DNA of 25,840 nt from Planctomycetes bacterium RIFCSPHIGHO2_12_FULL_52_36 (GTDB lineage Bacteria; Planctomycetota; Brocadiia; Brocadiales; Bathyanammoxibiaceae), in contig MHYW01000136.1 of NCBI GenBank assembly GCA_001828545.1, positions 1 to 25,840 on the forward strand, written 5' to 3'. Within the stretch, counting starts at the first letter, position 1. Each line of letters opens with the position of its first letter. The position numbers and the translations under genes were made by a program. Below the pieces are notes generated by a model, which was given only the letters and a program-made list of their open reading frames with translations, was not told where the DNA came from and made no database searches. Positions 15,385-23,749 of this stretch are shown here, in pieces.

Positions 15385-16275
15385 TCATGGTTTTTTTGCA
15401 AAAATCATTAATGAGGGTCCCATTACCAGAGTACGTAATGAGAGGTAGTAGCAAGACTCTACCAGGAGATAGGTAAGCTTCCGTAAAAATTGTTCCGTAA
15501 CCCTTCCCACCACTGCCGAGGCGGTCCCTGGGACAAGGGCAGAATTCTCCATCCGTATATCCACAAACCCCGCCTTCTCCAACCACTTCTTTATGCACCG
15601 TGAGGAGAACATGTGTGGGTGGAAACCCACAAGGGGTGACAGGTTAAGTCTCCCCACTGAAATGACACCCAGGACGTTAGAGAGGTGGTAAAGAAAGAGA
15701 TGGAAATCAAGATTAAGTACCCTCAGCCCCAGAAGCCCACCCCTTTTAAGGATTCTAAATATCTCCTGGAGGTCTGCCCAGGGGTCGTACATGTGGTCAA
15801 GTACGTTCCAGGCAGTAATCACCTCAAAGGATTCGGATTCCAGATGGGCATCCTTGAGTTCACCCGCAAAGGCCTCTAACCCTAAAGAGTTCCTGGCAAA
15901 AAGGACGGCCTCCTGGGAAGGGTCCACCCCGTAGACCTTCCATCCTCTCTTCCTGGCCATCTCCAGAAAATAACCCTTACCGCACCCCACGTCTAACAAC
16001 CTGCCAGTCTGAAAAGAGTCCCCTATACGCTGAAAGGCCTGCTCAAAATAGGATAGTCTGTTTTCATGCCAGTGCCTCTCCTCCCCTATCTTATAATACT
16101 CATGGGCATAAAACTCCTTCTCTTCCTCTACCGGGCACATGGGGTTCATGTAGACCAGCCCACAGCCAGTACATCTCACCAGGAAAGAAGGTTCGGGGGT
16201 AAGGGGGGTCTTTATGCTAGCCAGGACGACATGGTCTTCCCTATCACAAAAATTGCATCTGGCCCTGATAAGCAT
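15385..16275 (-). CDS. Class I SAM-dependent methyltransferase with N-terminal Zn ribbon (paralog 1)
   Basis: CNFC...CTGCGLVYMNP, LLDVGCGKGYF, WNVLDHMYDP, HPHMFS. Confidence 0.9.
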   Translation of the reverse strand: MLIRARCNFCDREDHVVLASIKTPLTPEPSFLVRCTGCGLVYMNPMCPVEEEKEFYAHEYYKIGEERHWHENRLSYFEQAFQRIGDSFQTGRLLDVGCGKGYFLEMARKRGWKVYGVDPSQEAVLFARNSLGLEAFAGELKDAHLESESFEVITAWNVLDHMYDPWADLQEIFRILKRGGLLGLRVLNLDFHLFLYHLSNVLGVISVGRLNLSPLVGFHPHMFSSRCIKKWLEKAGFVDIRMENSALVPGTASAVVGRVTEQFLRKLTYLLVESCYYLSLRTLVMGPSLMIFAKKP

Positions 16276-16282
16276 AGATTCT

Positions 16283-17494
16283 TTAGACCCCTCCTGAAAA
16301 TCCCTTCTCGCTCAGGAGCTTCAGATATAACTGTACCATCTGCTCTACGGTTTGGGAGGGGGAGTCAAATAGTTCTTGAACCCTTTTACCCGCCTTGACA
16401 GTTAGTCTCTTTCTTAGTTTTTCATCCCTTCTCAAGCGGAGTATGCAATGGGCCATAGCCTCTGTATCTCTTACTGGGGCAAGCAGTCCAGTCTCTCCGT
16501 CTGCCACCATCTCCGGTATACCGTCTACGGCGGTCGCAACTACGGGTACGCCACAGACCATGGCCTCCAGTATTGAACGGGGGCTAGCATCCCATAAAGA
16601 GGGGTTGAAGGATATGTCAAGGATGCGGGTAATCTCAGGTATGTCCTTCCTGTAACCTGTCATTACCACCCTATCCTCAATGCCCATGCTGGTTACTCTT
16701 TGTTGAATCGCCTCTTTTAGCTCTCCCTCCCCCACTATTAAAAGAAAGGCGTCTGGAATCTCCTTATGCACCTTCTGGAAGGCCTCCAGGGCCTCAAAGT
16801 GTCCCTTTTGGGGGCTTAGCCTGGCTATAATACCTATCACGAAAGAGTCTTCGGGCAGGCCGAGTTCCTGCCTCTTTTTTGCTACGTTGACCTGTACCTG
16901 CCTAAATCTGTCCGGGTTAATGCCACTGTGGATTACAATGTACTTTTCTTTTGGGGCAATTCTGTAGTTCAGATAATCATTGGCCTCACTTTGACACATG
17001 GCAATAATTTTATCGGCCCAGAGGGCCGCTGGCCTTTCTATTAAAGCGAAAAACCAACGTTTAGGTAGGCCAAAGAACGTAGGGCGAAAGATACTCCCGT
17101 GGGGTGTGTGAACTATTACGGGGACATGGGCAAGCCTTGCGGCTAATCGGCCCAGTATCCCTGCCTTTGAGGTATGGGTATGGACTATTTGATAGCCGCC
17201 ATCCTTAATAAGCCTGAACAGTCTAAGAAAGGCCCATAAATCATATAAAGGGCTGACCTCTCTTCTGAACTCTGGGATGGGATGAAAAGGGATACCCATT
17301 TTACGGACCGTTTTGGCCGTCCTTGGGTCTGGGGCACCAGCCAACTCCACCTGAAACCCCCTATCCTTCAGCCCACTGCATAGGTTCAGGGCAACCTCCA
17401 CCGCACCCCCAGGGGTGAGTCGGGTTATAACATGAAGCACCCTGACAGGCGTCTTCCTGTCAGGTTTTTTACTACGTGGACTTCCCTCTGCCAC
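16283..17494 (-). CDS. Glycosyltransferase family 4
   Basis: VLHVITRLTPGG, IVHTHTSKAGILGR, HSGINP, IIARLSPQKGH, ILEAMVCGVPVVATAVDGIPE. Confidence 0.93.
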   Translation of the reverse strand: MAEGSPRSKKPDRKTPVRVLHVITRLTPGGAVEVALNLCSGLKDRGFQVELAGAPDPRTAKTVRKMGIPFHPIPEFRREVSPLYDLWAFLRLFRLIKDGGYQIVHTHTSKAGILGRLAARLAHVPVIVHTPHGSIFRPTFFGLPKRWFFALIERPAALWADKIIAMCQSEANDYLNYRIAPKEKYIVIHSGINPDRFRQVQVNVAKKRQELGLPEDSFVIGIIARLSPQKGHFEALEAFQKVHKEIPDAFLLIVGEGELKEAIQQRVTSMGIEDRVVMTGYRKDIPEITRILDISFNPSLWDASPRSILEAMVCGVPVVATAVDGIPEMVADGETGLLAPVRDTEAMAHCILRLRRDEKLRKRLTVKAGKRVQELFDSPSQTVEQMVQLYLKLLSEKGFSGGV

Positions 17495-17633
17495 TCAGGT
17501 CCCCCTTTGCAGGAAAATGGGTAGAGTTACCCGTACTTGCCGCCCGCACTGCAGAGAGAAACCCCCTTACGGGGTCTAAAGAACGGGAGGCTACGGCGGA
17601 CACTATAGCACTAATCAAGAGTCCTCTCAAGTC
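17472..17633 (-). pseudogene. C-terminal remnant of a GT2 glycosyltransferase
   Basis: Reads DLRGLLISAIVSAVASRSLDPVRGFLSAVRAA... to TAG 17472. Aligns without gaps to the C-terminus of GT2 18975-19961 (RLFGSLLVALAISLRYGSLDPLRGFLNGMRIG). No start of its own. Confidence 0.7.
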
Positions 17634-17727
17634 CCCCGCAACACAGATTAAGGGTGATATCGGCCGCCCCTCCTGGCACGAGTCGGGTTATGACCTGCAG
17701 GGTCTTAATGGGCAGTAGCACCTCCAC
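17611..17727 (-). pseudogene. N-terminal remnant of a GT4 glycosyltransferase
   Basis: Reads MEVLLPIKTLQVITRLVPGGAADITLNLCCG(GLERTLD*), matching VRVLHVITRLTPGGAVEVALNLCSG of the neighbouring GT4. Homology stops near 17635. Confidence 0.78.
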
Positions 17728-17732
17728 AAGCC

Positions 17733-18917
17733 TCACTTTAAGAATCTGACCTCTTTTCTGGACCCGTCCCACCTGATATCGGGGATAAGGGCATGGGTCC
17801 TGGCCTCAATCCTTTGCCTGTATTTTGATAGAGTCTTCAGAATAACACTTATCTCAGCCTCAATGTCATGACTTGGCTTATACCCTAGGGCTGTAAGACG
17901 TTCACGGTCGGGATTATAGTAATGGTCTTCTGATTCCCGTCTGGGATTCTCCACGTTTCGTATCTCAACCTCAAGTCCTAATTTTTTACCTACCTCTTGA
18001 ACTTTATAAGCCAGCGCCGTCAGGTCATAAACTTCATCAAATTGATTAAATACCCTATACTCGCCTTTTTCTGGTGGGTTCTCTATGGCGATGGCCAGAC
18101 ATTCCATAGAATCACGCAACGGCAGAAACCCCCTCTTCTGGTGTCCTTTTCCGTAGAGGGTAATGGGATGGCCTATAATTGTCTGTGCACAAAAACGATT
18201 GAGGGCAGTGCCAAAACACTGGTCAAAATCAAATCGGGTCACCAACCTCTCATCATCTCCCATCTCCTCTATCCTGATACCGTAAACTACCCCTTGCATA
18301 ATATCTGTTGCCCTGAGGTCCCAAAGTTTACAAGCCATCGTAACGTTATTAGAGTCATGCACCTTGGTCTGGTGGTACCAGCTTCCAGCCTGTCGTGGGA
18401 AAGGCAGGCGGTCTTTGCGGCCCCTGTACTCAATTTCAAAAAAGCCTTCTGGAATATCCATGTTGGGGGTACCATATTCACCCATAGTTCCCAGCTTAAC
18501 TAAGTGTGCCTCCGGGCATACGTCACGCATGCTGTGTAAGATATTCAGTGTCCCTGCCAGATTGTTAGTATGAGTGAACACACAATGATGTACGTCCAAC
18601 ATACTATACGGTGCTGAGGGCATTTCTCCCAGGTGTACAATAGCCTCCGGGCGAAAGGCCCTAAAAAAATTCCAGACAAAGTTGTAATCCCTTAGGTCCC
18701 CTTTAATGAACTCCAGGTTCACCCCAAAATTTTCTCTAAAAGCCTGCAATCTTTCAGTCATTCGGCGAATGGGTGTTGCAGACTGAGACCCCATTTCAGC
18801 GACCCAGTCCCTTCTAAAGTAGTTATCACATCCGGCAACCTCATGGCCCCTCCTGGTCAGATACATTGCCAGTGGCCATCCCAGGTATCCATCCACTCCA
18901 GCAATAAAAACCCTCAT
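17733..18917 (-). CDS. sqdB: UDP-sulfoquinovose synthase (SqdB/SQD1/Agl3 family, extended SDR)
   Basis: GVDGYLGWP, DNYFRR, HLGEMPSAPYSM, HLVKLGTMGEYGTP, FPRQAGSWYHQTKVHDS, QGVVYG, FGTALNRFC, YGKGHQKRGF. SD AGGAGG. Confidence 0.93.
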   Translation of the reverse strand: MRVFIAGVDGYLGWPLAMYLTRRGHEVAGCDNYFRRDWVAEMGSQSATPIRRMTERLQAFRENFGVNLEFIKGDLRDYNFVWNFFRAFRPEAIVHLGEMPSAPYSMLDVHHCVFTHTNNLAGTLNILHSMRDVCPEAHLVKLGTMGEYGTPNMDIPEGFFEIEYRGRKDRLPFPRQAGSWYHQTKVHDSNNVTMACKLWDLRATDIMQGVVYGIRIEEMGDDERLVTRFDFDQCFGTALNRFCAQTIIGHPITLYGKGHQKRGFLPLRDSMECLAIAIENPPEKGEYRVFNQFDEVYDLTALAYKVQEVGKKLGLEVEIRNVENPRRESEDHYYNPDRERLTALGYKPSHDIEAEISVILKTLSKYRQRIEARTHALIPDIRWDGSRKEVRFLK

Positions 18918-18974
18918 ACTAAGACCTCCTATTTGGAATATTAAGGTACTCCATCTGCCCTTGCCTCTTCTCCA

Positions 18975-19961
18975 TTAAAGATTCTTCTCGCAGAAAGACC
19001 TTCCAAATAACTTTCTATACTGTGCGGCACCTATTCGCATCCCGTTCAGGAAGCCCCGCAACGGGTCTAAAGAACCGTAACGAAGGGAGATAGCCAACGC
19101 TACCAGTAAACTTCCAAAGAGTCTCCATGCAAAGAAGAGGTTATTTAAAGGGTTCTTTTTAATGTGTTTCCCGAAGAAATACCATTCGCCAGAGACCCTT
19201 TTCTCATGATCTCCCTTCCTATTGTAAAGGGCAACCATCCCTCCCCTATGGAATCCTTTTACCCTGGGGTCAATTACCAGATTGTATCTTTCAGAGGCCC
19301 TGAAAGTAAAATCTATGTCACCTATAAAAACATGTCCTGTCAGTTGGCTATCAAACCTAATCTCTTCCACTACGTTCCTTTTAAAACTCATGATTCCCCC
19401 AAGAAGCCACCTTGAGGGATATGGGGTAGTTAATCGGTTATGGAAGTAATGGGGTATCCAGGCGGTAAAGAACCAGCCGTCCTTCTTTAAGGAAAAGGGG
19501 CCGCAGGTAAACAAGCTCTTTGCAATTAACCACAAGAGATTCTTACCAGCCATGTCAGTACTTACACCGCCTATACCCCCCAGGACGGGGTTTGTATCGT
19601 AGGTGCATAGAAGATTTTCAACGGCATCTCTTTCCAGTGTAATGTCGTCGTCCAGGAAGAAAACAATTTCACCGCTACTTTTCTTGAACCCTAGTACCCT
19701 GGCGGCTACCGGGCCCTTTATATCTTTATCCCAGATGTATATTAAACCTGACTTGTTACTACTATCCTCAAACAACTTAAGTATTTCTTCTTTACAGCTT
19801 TCCTGGCTCTGGTCAATGATAACTACCTCTTCCGGAGGGCGTGACTGCTGGATTATACTACGGAGCGTGACCAATAAGTCCTCTCTTCTATTCTTGGTCG
19901 GGATGATGACTGAGATACGCACTCTTGTCCCTCTAGAATTCTGTTGGGGCGTCTCCAGCAA
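18975..19961 (-). CDS. Glycosyltransferase family 2
   Basis: ISVIIPTKNR, VVIIDQS, FFLDDD, GGIMSFKR, DIDFTFR. TTG start, uncertain. Confidence 0.9.
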   Translation of the reverse strand: MLETPQQNSRGTRVRISVIIPTKNRREDLLVTLRSIIQQSRPPEEVVIIDQSQESCKEEILKLFEDSSNKSGLIYIWDKDIKGPVAARVLGFKKSSGEIVFFLDDDITLERDAVENLLCTYDTNPVLGGIGGVSTDMAGKNLLWLIAKSLFTCGPFSLKKDGWFFTAWIPHYFHNRLTTPYPSRWLLGGIMSFKRNVVEEIRFDSQLTGHVFIGDIDFTFRASERYNLVIDPRVKGFHRGGMVALYNRKGDHEKRVSGEWYFFGKHIKKNPLNNLFFAWRLFGSLLVALAISLRYGSLDPLRGFLNGMRIGAAQYRKLFGRSFCEKNL

Positions 19962-19982
19962 AGTCCCCCTACAGCGGTTTAA

Positions 19983-21005
19983 TCAAGCTCGTCTTCTAAT
20001 ATTCATTAAAACATCCATTTCGTATCCACACGTGCAGCCAGGGCATTCTTTATTAAACCCCTTTACCCTTTTCTCTATGTAGTCTTGACTCCGAAAGATA
20101 TCAAAGAGGGTATTGTTATTCAGCCTACCTGCAGGGGACATCGCCCAACATCCGGGGTAAACATTACCCAAACTATCAATAAAAAGCCCCATCAAGGTAC
20201 GGGCACAGTAATAATGCGGCAGTCTGCTATCCTGTAAGAGCGCTGGGATTTCCCTGAATCCCTTTATGCTGCCAGCAATGTGCTCAGGATATTTCCTTTT
20301 CAGTTCAATCAACAAATTCGTTGCTCCCCTCATTTCTTCAACGCTTGGCCCAATTGAACTGTCTATACCTTGGGAAAAATACAAATTATTGTGAAAAATA
20401 TTGAATTCCACGGCAATATCCAAATCTTTTGCATATTTCACAATAGCCTCAATTTCACCAATGTTTCTCTTGATAATCGTGAATGCAATACCTACTGGCA
20501 GCTCAATCCGTCTCATATGTTTAATTATACTATCCAATTTTTTCCAACTCCCTTTAATACCTACGATACTGTCATGAGTTTCCTCTTTCCCGTGCATAGA
20601 AATAGTTACACGGCCAACGGATTCTTTCCTAAAGAGGCCCACTTGCTCCTCGGTCAAAAGAGACCCATTCGTTGCTATAGACACTCGCAACCCCAATGAT
20701 TTCGCATAGGAAACAAGGGAATCTATATCTTTCCTTAAAAGTGGTTCGCCGCCTGTAAAACGTACCGAAAATCCACCCATTTCTTTAAAATCCCTTAAAA
20801 CATACTGCCATTGTTGTAGCGTCAATTCGCTTCTCTTATCCCCCATCTGGTAGTGATTGCACGTGATACAATGATAATTACACCTGTCGGTTAATTTAAT
20901 GGATAATGTGGGTGGAAAGAAATTAGTAGGGCTCTTTCTAATGTTCAAGGCGTAAAGACCGAGAAGTCCCACCACGAGTTTTTTAAGCTTCCACCTGATT
21001 ACCAT
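19983..21005 (-). CDS. Radical SAM protein with short SPASM/twitch domain (probable sugar-modifying enzyme)
   Basis: CNYHCITC, FTGGEPLL, IATNGSLL, YCAR..LFIDSLGNVYPGCW...CPGC. AT-rich coding sequence. Confidence 0.88.
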   Translation of the reverse strand: MVIRWKLKKLVVGLLGLYALNIRKSPTNFFPPTLSIKLTDRCNYHCITCNHYQMGDKRSELTLQQWQYVLRDFKEMGGFSVRFTGGEPLLRKDIDSLVSYAKSLGLRVSIATNGSLLTEEQVGLFRKESVGRVTISMHGKEETHDSIVGIKGSWKKLDSIIKHMRRIELPVGIAFTIIKRNIGEIEAIVKYAKDLDIAVEFNIFHNNLYFSQGIDSSIGPSVEEMRGATNLLIELKRKYPEHIAGSIKGFREIPALLQDSRLPHYYCARTLMGLFIDSLGNVYPGCWAMSPAGRLNNNTLFDIFRSQDYIEKRVKGFNKECPGCTCGYEMDVLMNIRRRA

Positions 21006-21094
21006 TTCGTTCCCTGAGAGCTAAGCATTACCTTAACGCCCAAGATAAAAAAGAGGAGGCTAAGGATTAATCTGGTAATCTGTTTTGGGTTCAT
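20999..21094 (-). CDS. 31-aa hydrophobic small ORF or gene remnant (MNPKQITRLILSLLFFILGVKVMLSSQGTKW)
   Basis: ATG overlaps the upstream TGA (ATGA), and the stop overlaps the start of the rSAM gene. Fills the whole intergenic gap; TM- or signal-like. Confidence 0.45.
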   Translation of the reverse strand: MNPKQITRLILSLLFFILGVKVMLSSQGTKW

Positions 21095-21528
21095 CTGGCA
21101 TTACGCTTGACCAACCAGGAACTGGATTGCACCTTTCCCCCACCCACGTTGAACACCACTCGTATGTTCAACTCCTTGCATAGAGGTAGTTCTGGGGTGT
21201 TGGATTCTTTTCTGTCTCCACCCTTGGCAAAGACGTCTGGCCTGAGTTTTTCCAGGGTTTTGCTTACCGTCTGGTCTGTGTCTATACATGGCATGACTTC
21301 ATCTACGTACTTTATGGATTCCAGGATTTCTTTACGTTCATCAAACGGCATAAAGACGTACCCTTTTTTCTTCAGCAAGAAGTCGTCTGTATTGAGTATC
21401 ACCACCAACTTATCCCCCAGGGCTTTGGCTTCTCTAAACAATCGGATATGCCCTATGTGGACCGGGTCAAACCCGCCACTGGTGGTCACCACTATTTCCT
21501 TTTTGCGGTCTATCTTAGCGAATTTCAT
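21091..21528 (-). CDS. Cytidylyltransferase-like nucleotidyltransferase (TagD/RfaE-II family)
   Basis: SGGFDPVHIGH (HIGH), VVILNTD, MPFDERKEIL, RPDVFAKGGD, QSSSW. Confidence 0.9.
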   Translation of the reverse strand: MKFAKIDRKKEIVVTTSGGFDPVHIGHIRLFREAKALGDKLVVILNTDDFLLKKKGYVFMPFDERKEILESIKYVDEVMPCIDTDQTVSKTLEKLRPDVFAKGGDRKESNTPELPLCKELNIRVVFNVGGGKVQSSSWLVKRNAR

Positions 21529-21568
21529 ACCGTTAGGTCAAGTTCATTCGTAAAGACTAAGCTCCCCT

Positions 21569-22720
21569 TTATCCCCTGAGCGAGTATATTGCCTCTTTTA
21601 CCCTGCGTGCAGTGGCCCTCCAATTGAGTTCCTCCACCACCCTCCGCCTCCCCCTCTCGCCTAGCCTCTTTGCGTATAAATCATCCGTAAGCAACCTGAC
21701 TATAGCCTCAAATACCTCCTGGGGGTTATTGGGATCGACAAGGAGACCCGTCTCTCCATGGATTACTGCCTCCGGGATGCCACCAGACCTCCCTCCTATC
21801 ACGGGCTTACCGCAGGCGTTAGCCTCAAGGAATACAATACCAAAACCCTCAAACTCAAAAGGGAGTTCCTTGCTTACCATCACAAATACATCACAGACAC
21901 TATAGAGTCCAGGAAGTTCCTCTCCAGGCATGGGCCCAGTAAAGAGGACCCGACCCTCAAGATTTAATCGTCCGACCATATCCTTTAAGATAGACTCCTG
22001 GTCGCCTACACCAACAACAACGTAGACCAGGTTGGGTATCCTCTTAATAAGTTCTGGCATTAGGTTGATAATGGTATCTTGCCCTTTATGGGAGACCAGG
22101 CGTGCGACAGTGAGCAATATCTTTTTACCCTCAAGCTTATATCTCCGCGCTATCTCCCCCCTATTCCTCACGGGCTGGAATCTCTCAGGGTCTGTCCCCC
22201 CGCGTACTAAGACAATCTTCTTCTCATCCACACCCCAAGCCATCAGTAACCTCTTTGTATAACTATAGGTAAAGAAGGTGGATGCCCTCCCCAGGACGAG
22301 CCTTTTTAATGGCCTGAGGAGCCACCTGTATTTTAGCCTCTTCAGCCAGCCGCCCTCTGGCTCCAGTAATTCAGCCGCATGGACAGCGACGTAATAGGGC
22401 ACATTGAATAAAAGATTCGTCGGTATTGCCAGACTACCACAGGGATGCCAGGTCATGCACAAGACCCTGTCCACATGGCCGCGAAGTGTCAGATAAAATA
22501 GCAGTAGCAGGGCATGGAACTCAAAAAGGGGCCTCTTTTTAACCAATCTATAAGTGATAAATTTCTCTCTTAAATCCCACTCCCTATCCCCCTTGATTCC
22601 GGGGGCAAGCACTATTACCTCCACGCCCTCCGCATGGAGGTTTTTGGCCAGTTCATAAGCGTAAGTTCCTACCCCGCCTGGCTGAGGCGGATAATTGTCC
22701 GTAAAGATTAAAAGGGCCAT
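21569..22720 (-). CDS. Glycosyltransferase family 4 (PimB-like)
   Basis: TDNYPPQPGGVG, LLTVARLVSHKGQD, EGFGIVFLEANACGKPVIGGRSGGIPEAV. Confidence 0.93.
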   Translation of the reverse strand: MALLIFTDNYPPQPGGVGTYAYELAKNLHAEGVEVIVLAPGIKGDREWDLREKFITYRLVKKRPLFEFHALLLLFYLTLRGHVDRVLCMTWHPCGSLAIPTNLLFNVPYYVAVHAAELLEPEGGWLKRLKYRWLLRPLKRLVLGRASTFFTYSYTKRLLMAWGVDEKKIVLVRGGTDPERFQPVRNRGEIARRYKLEGKKILLTVARLVSHKGQDTIINLMPELIKRIPNLVYVVVGVGDQESILKDMVGRLNLEGRVLFTGPMPGEELPGLYSVCDVFVMVSKELPFEFEGFGIVFLEANACGKPVIGGRSGGIPEAVIHGETGLLVDPNNPQEVFEAIVRLLTDDLYAKRLGERGRRRVVEELNWRATARRVKEAIYSLRG

Positions 22721-22733
22721 ACCATAAAAGATT

Positions 22734-22764
22734 AAGGTTCAAAAGTTCAAGGGTTCAAGGGTTT
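22734..22764. repeat. Short tandem repeat (7-8-mer, 4 units)
   Basis: aaggttc aaaagttc aagggttc aagggttt. Confidence 0.5.
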
Positions 22765-22776
22765 AATTATACAGGT

Positions 22777-22804
22777 GTAGGGGCAATTCATGAATTGCCC
22801 CTGC
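22777..22804. repeat. GTAG-type REP-like palindrome, copy 6
   Basis: gtaggggcaattcatgaattgcccctgc: 28-bp palindrome with one mismatch; contains the GT2 stop codon. Confidence 0.8.
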
Positions 22805-23627
22805 ATTGTCTTGAAGGAAACTTTAGCCAGCCGTATAGGAAGCCTGCCGTCCAAAACGCCTCTAATATAGCGTGTACGGGTCGGAGGCTCAATAGGTATA
22901 TTGGTATTTTAAATACGCCTGCTACCAGTTTGTAAAGGAGCACCCCTGGGGCCGTCTTTATCTGGTAATTTAGCAGTTTAACCCTGGGATAACCAAAGAT
23001 TTCTGGATGTACTTTACAGGCATAGGCAAAGCCTAGACCCATCCTGAGGGATTTCCGCATTATTGCAAAAAGAGTCTTGTCCATATGGTTATAGACCCAT
23101 GTCTCCGGGACTACCACCACCCCGTAGCCGGCCCTGCGGAGCCGCTGGCGAAGGTCGTCGTCTGTGCCGGTAATCAGGTCGTCACTCTCCCAGCCTACCC
23201 CCTTGTACACCTCCTTCCGCAAGGCGCAACAGGCATGTTTGGCATGGTCTGTATCTACCGTCTCTTTAACGACGGGGAACTCCAGATTTCTCATCCGGGC
23301 AAAGGTCTTTTCAAGCCAGGTAGCATCTTTGGGACATAAGGTGGAGGCCCCGGTCATACCAATCCTTTTGTCTTTTTCTAGAGGGCTAACCAGGTTCTCA
23401 ATAACCCTCTCGTGGCCCAGTATGCTGTCATCATCAATAAATACCAGGTAATCCCCCTGGGCCTTCTTCACCCCCTCGTTCCTTGCCCTGCCGTTGGGGC
23501 GGACTCCTTTGACTAATATAACCTCCAGGTCTTTGATGGTCTGCCTCTTTATATCTCCCAGTAGCCTCTCCACGTTGCCTTTACAGGAGCCGTCCAGTGT
23601 GGGTATGACGATTGAGACCTTAGGCAC
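22788..23627 (-). CDS. Glycosyltransferase family 2
   Basis: KVSIVIPTL, ARNEGVKKAQGDYLVFIDDD, GTDDDLRQRL. GTG start with GGAGG SD. Confidence 0.9.
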   Translation of the reverse strand: MPKVSIVIPTLDGSCKGNVERLLGDIKRQTIKDLEVILVKGVRPNGRARNEGVKKAQGDYLVFIDDDSILGHERVIENLVSPLEKDKRIGMTGASTLCPKDATWLEKTFARMRNLEFPVVKETVDTDHAKHACCALRKEVYKGVGWESDDLITGTDDDLRQRLRRAGYGVVVVPETWVYNHMDKTLFAIMRKSLRMGLGFAYACKVHPEIFGYPRVKLLNYQIKTAPGVLLYKLVAGVFKIPIYLLSLRPVHAILEAFWTAGFLYGWLKFPSRQCRGNS

Positions 23628-23749
23628 GTTTCACTACCTCCTTAGACCCTATTCTGTTTTAGTCTGAGACCCCTGCAAAAGTCTACACAGCACTATTTGT
23701 CATTCTAACCCTGAACGATCGGAACTAAGCTTTGAGCAAGGGACGTCCT

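Noticed and set aside
17476-17718. 80-aa plus-strand ORF (MDFPLPLRSPF...)
   Set aside because: Antisense to the GT4/GT2 remnants; no SD or promoter context in a minus-strand operon.
661-22804. Palindromic repeats as a CRISPR array
   Set aside because: Copies are dispersed, non-identical and not separated by regular spacers; no cas genes.
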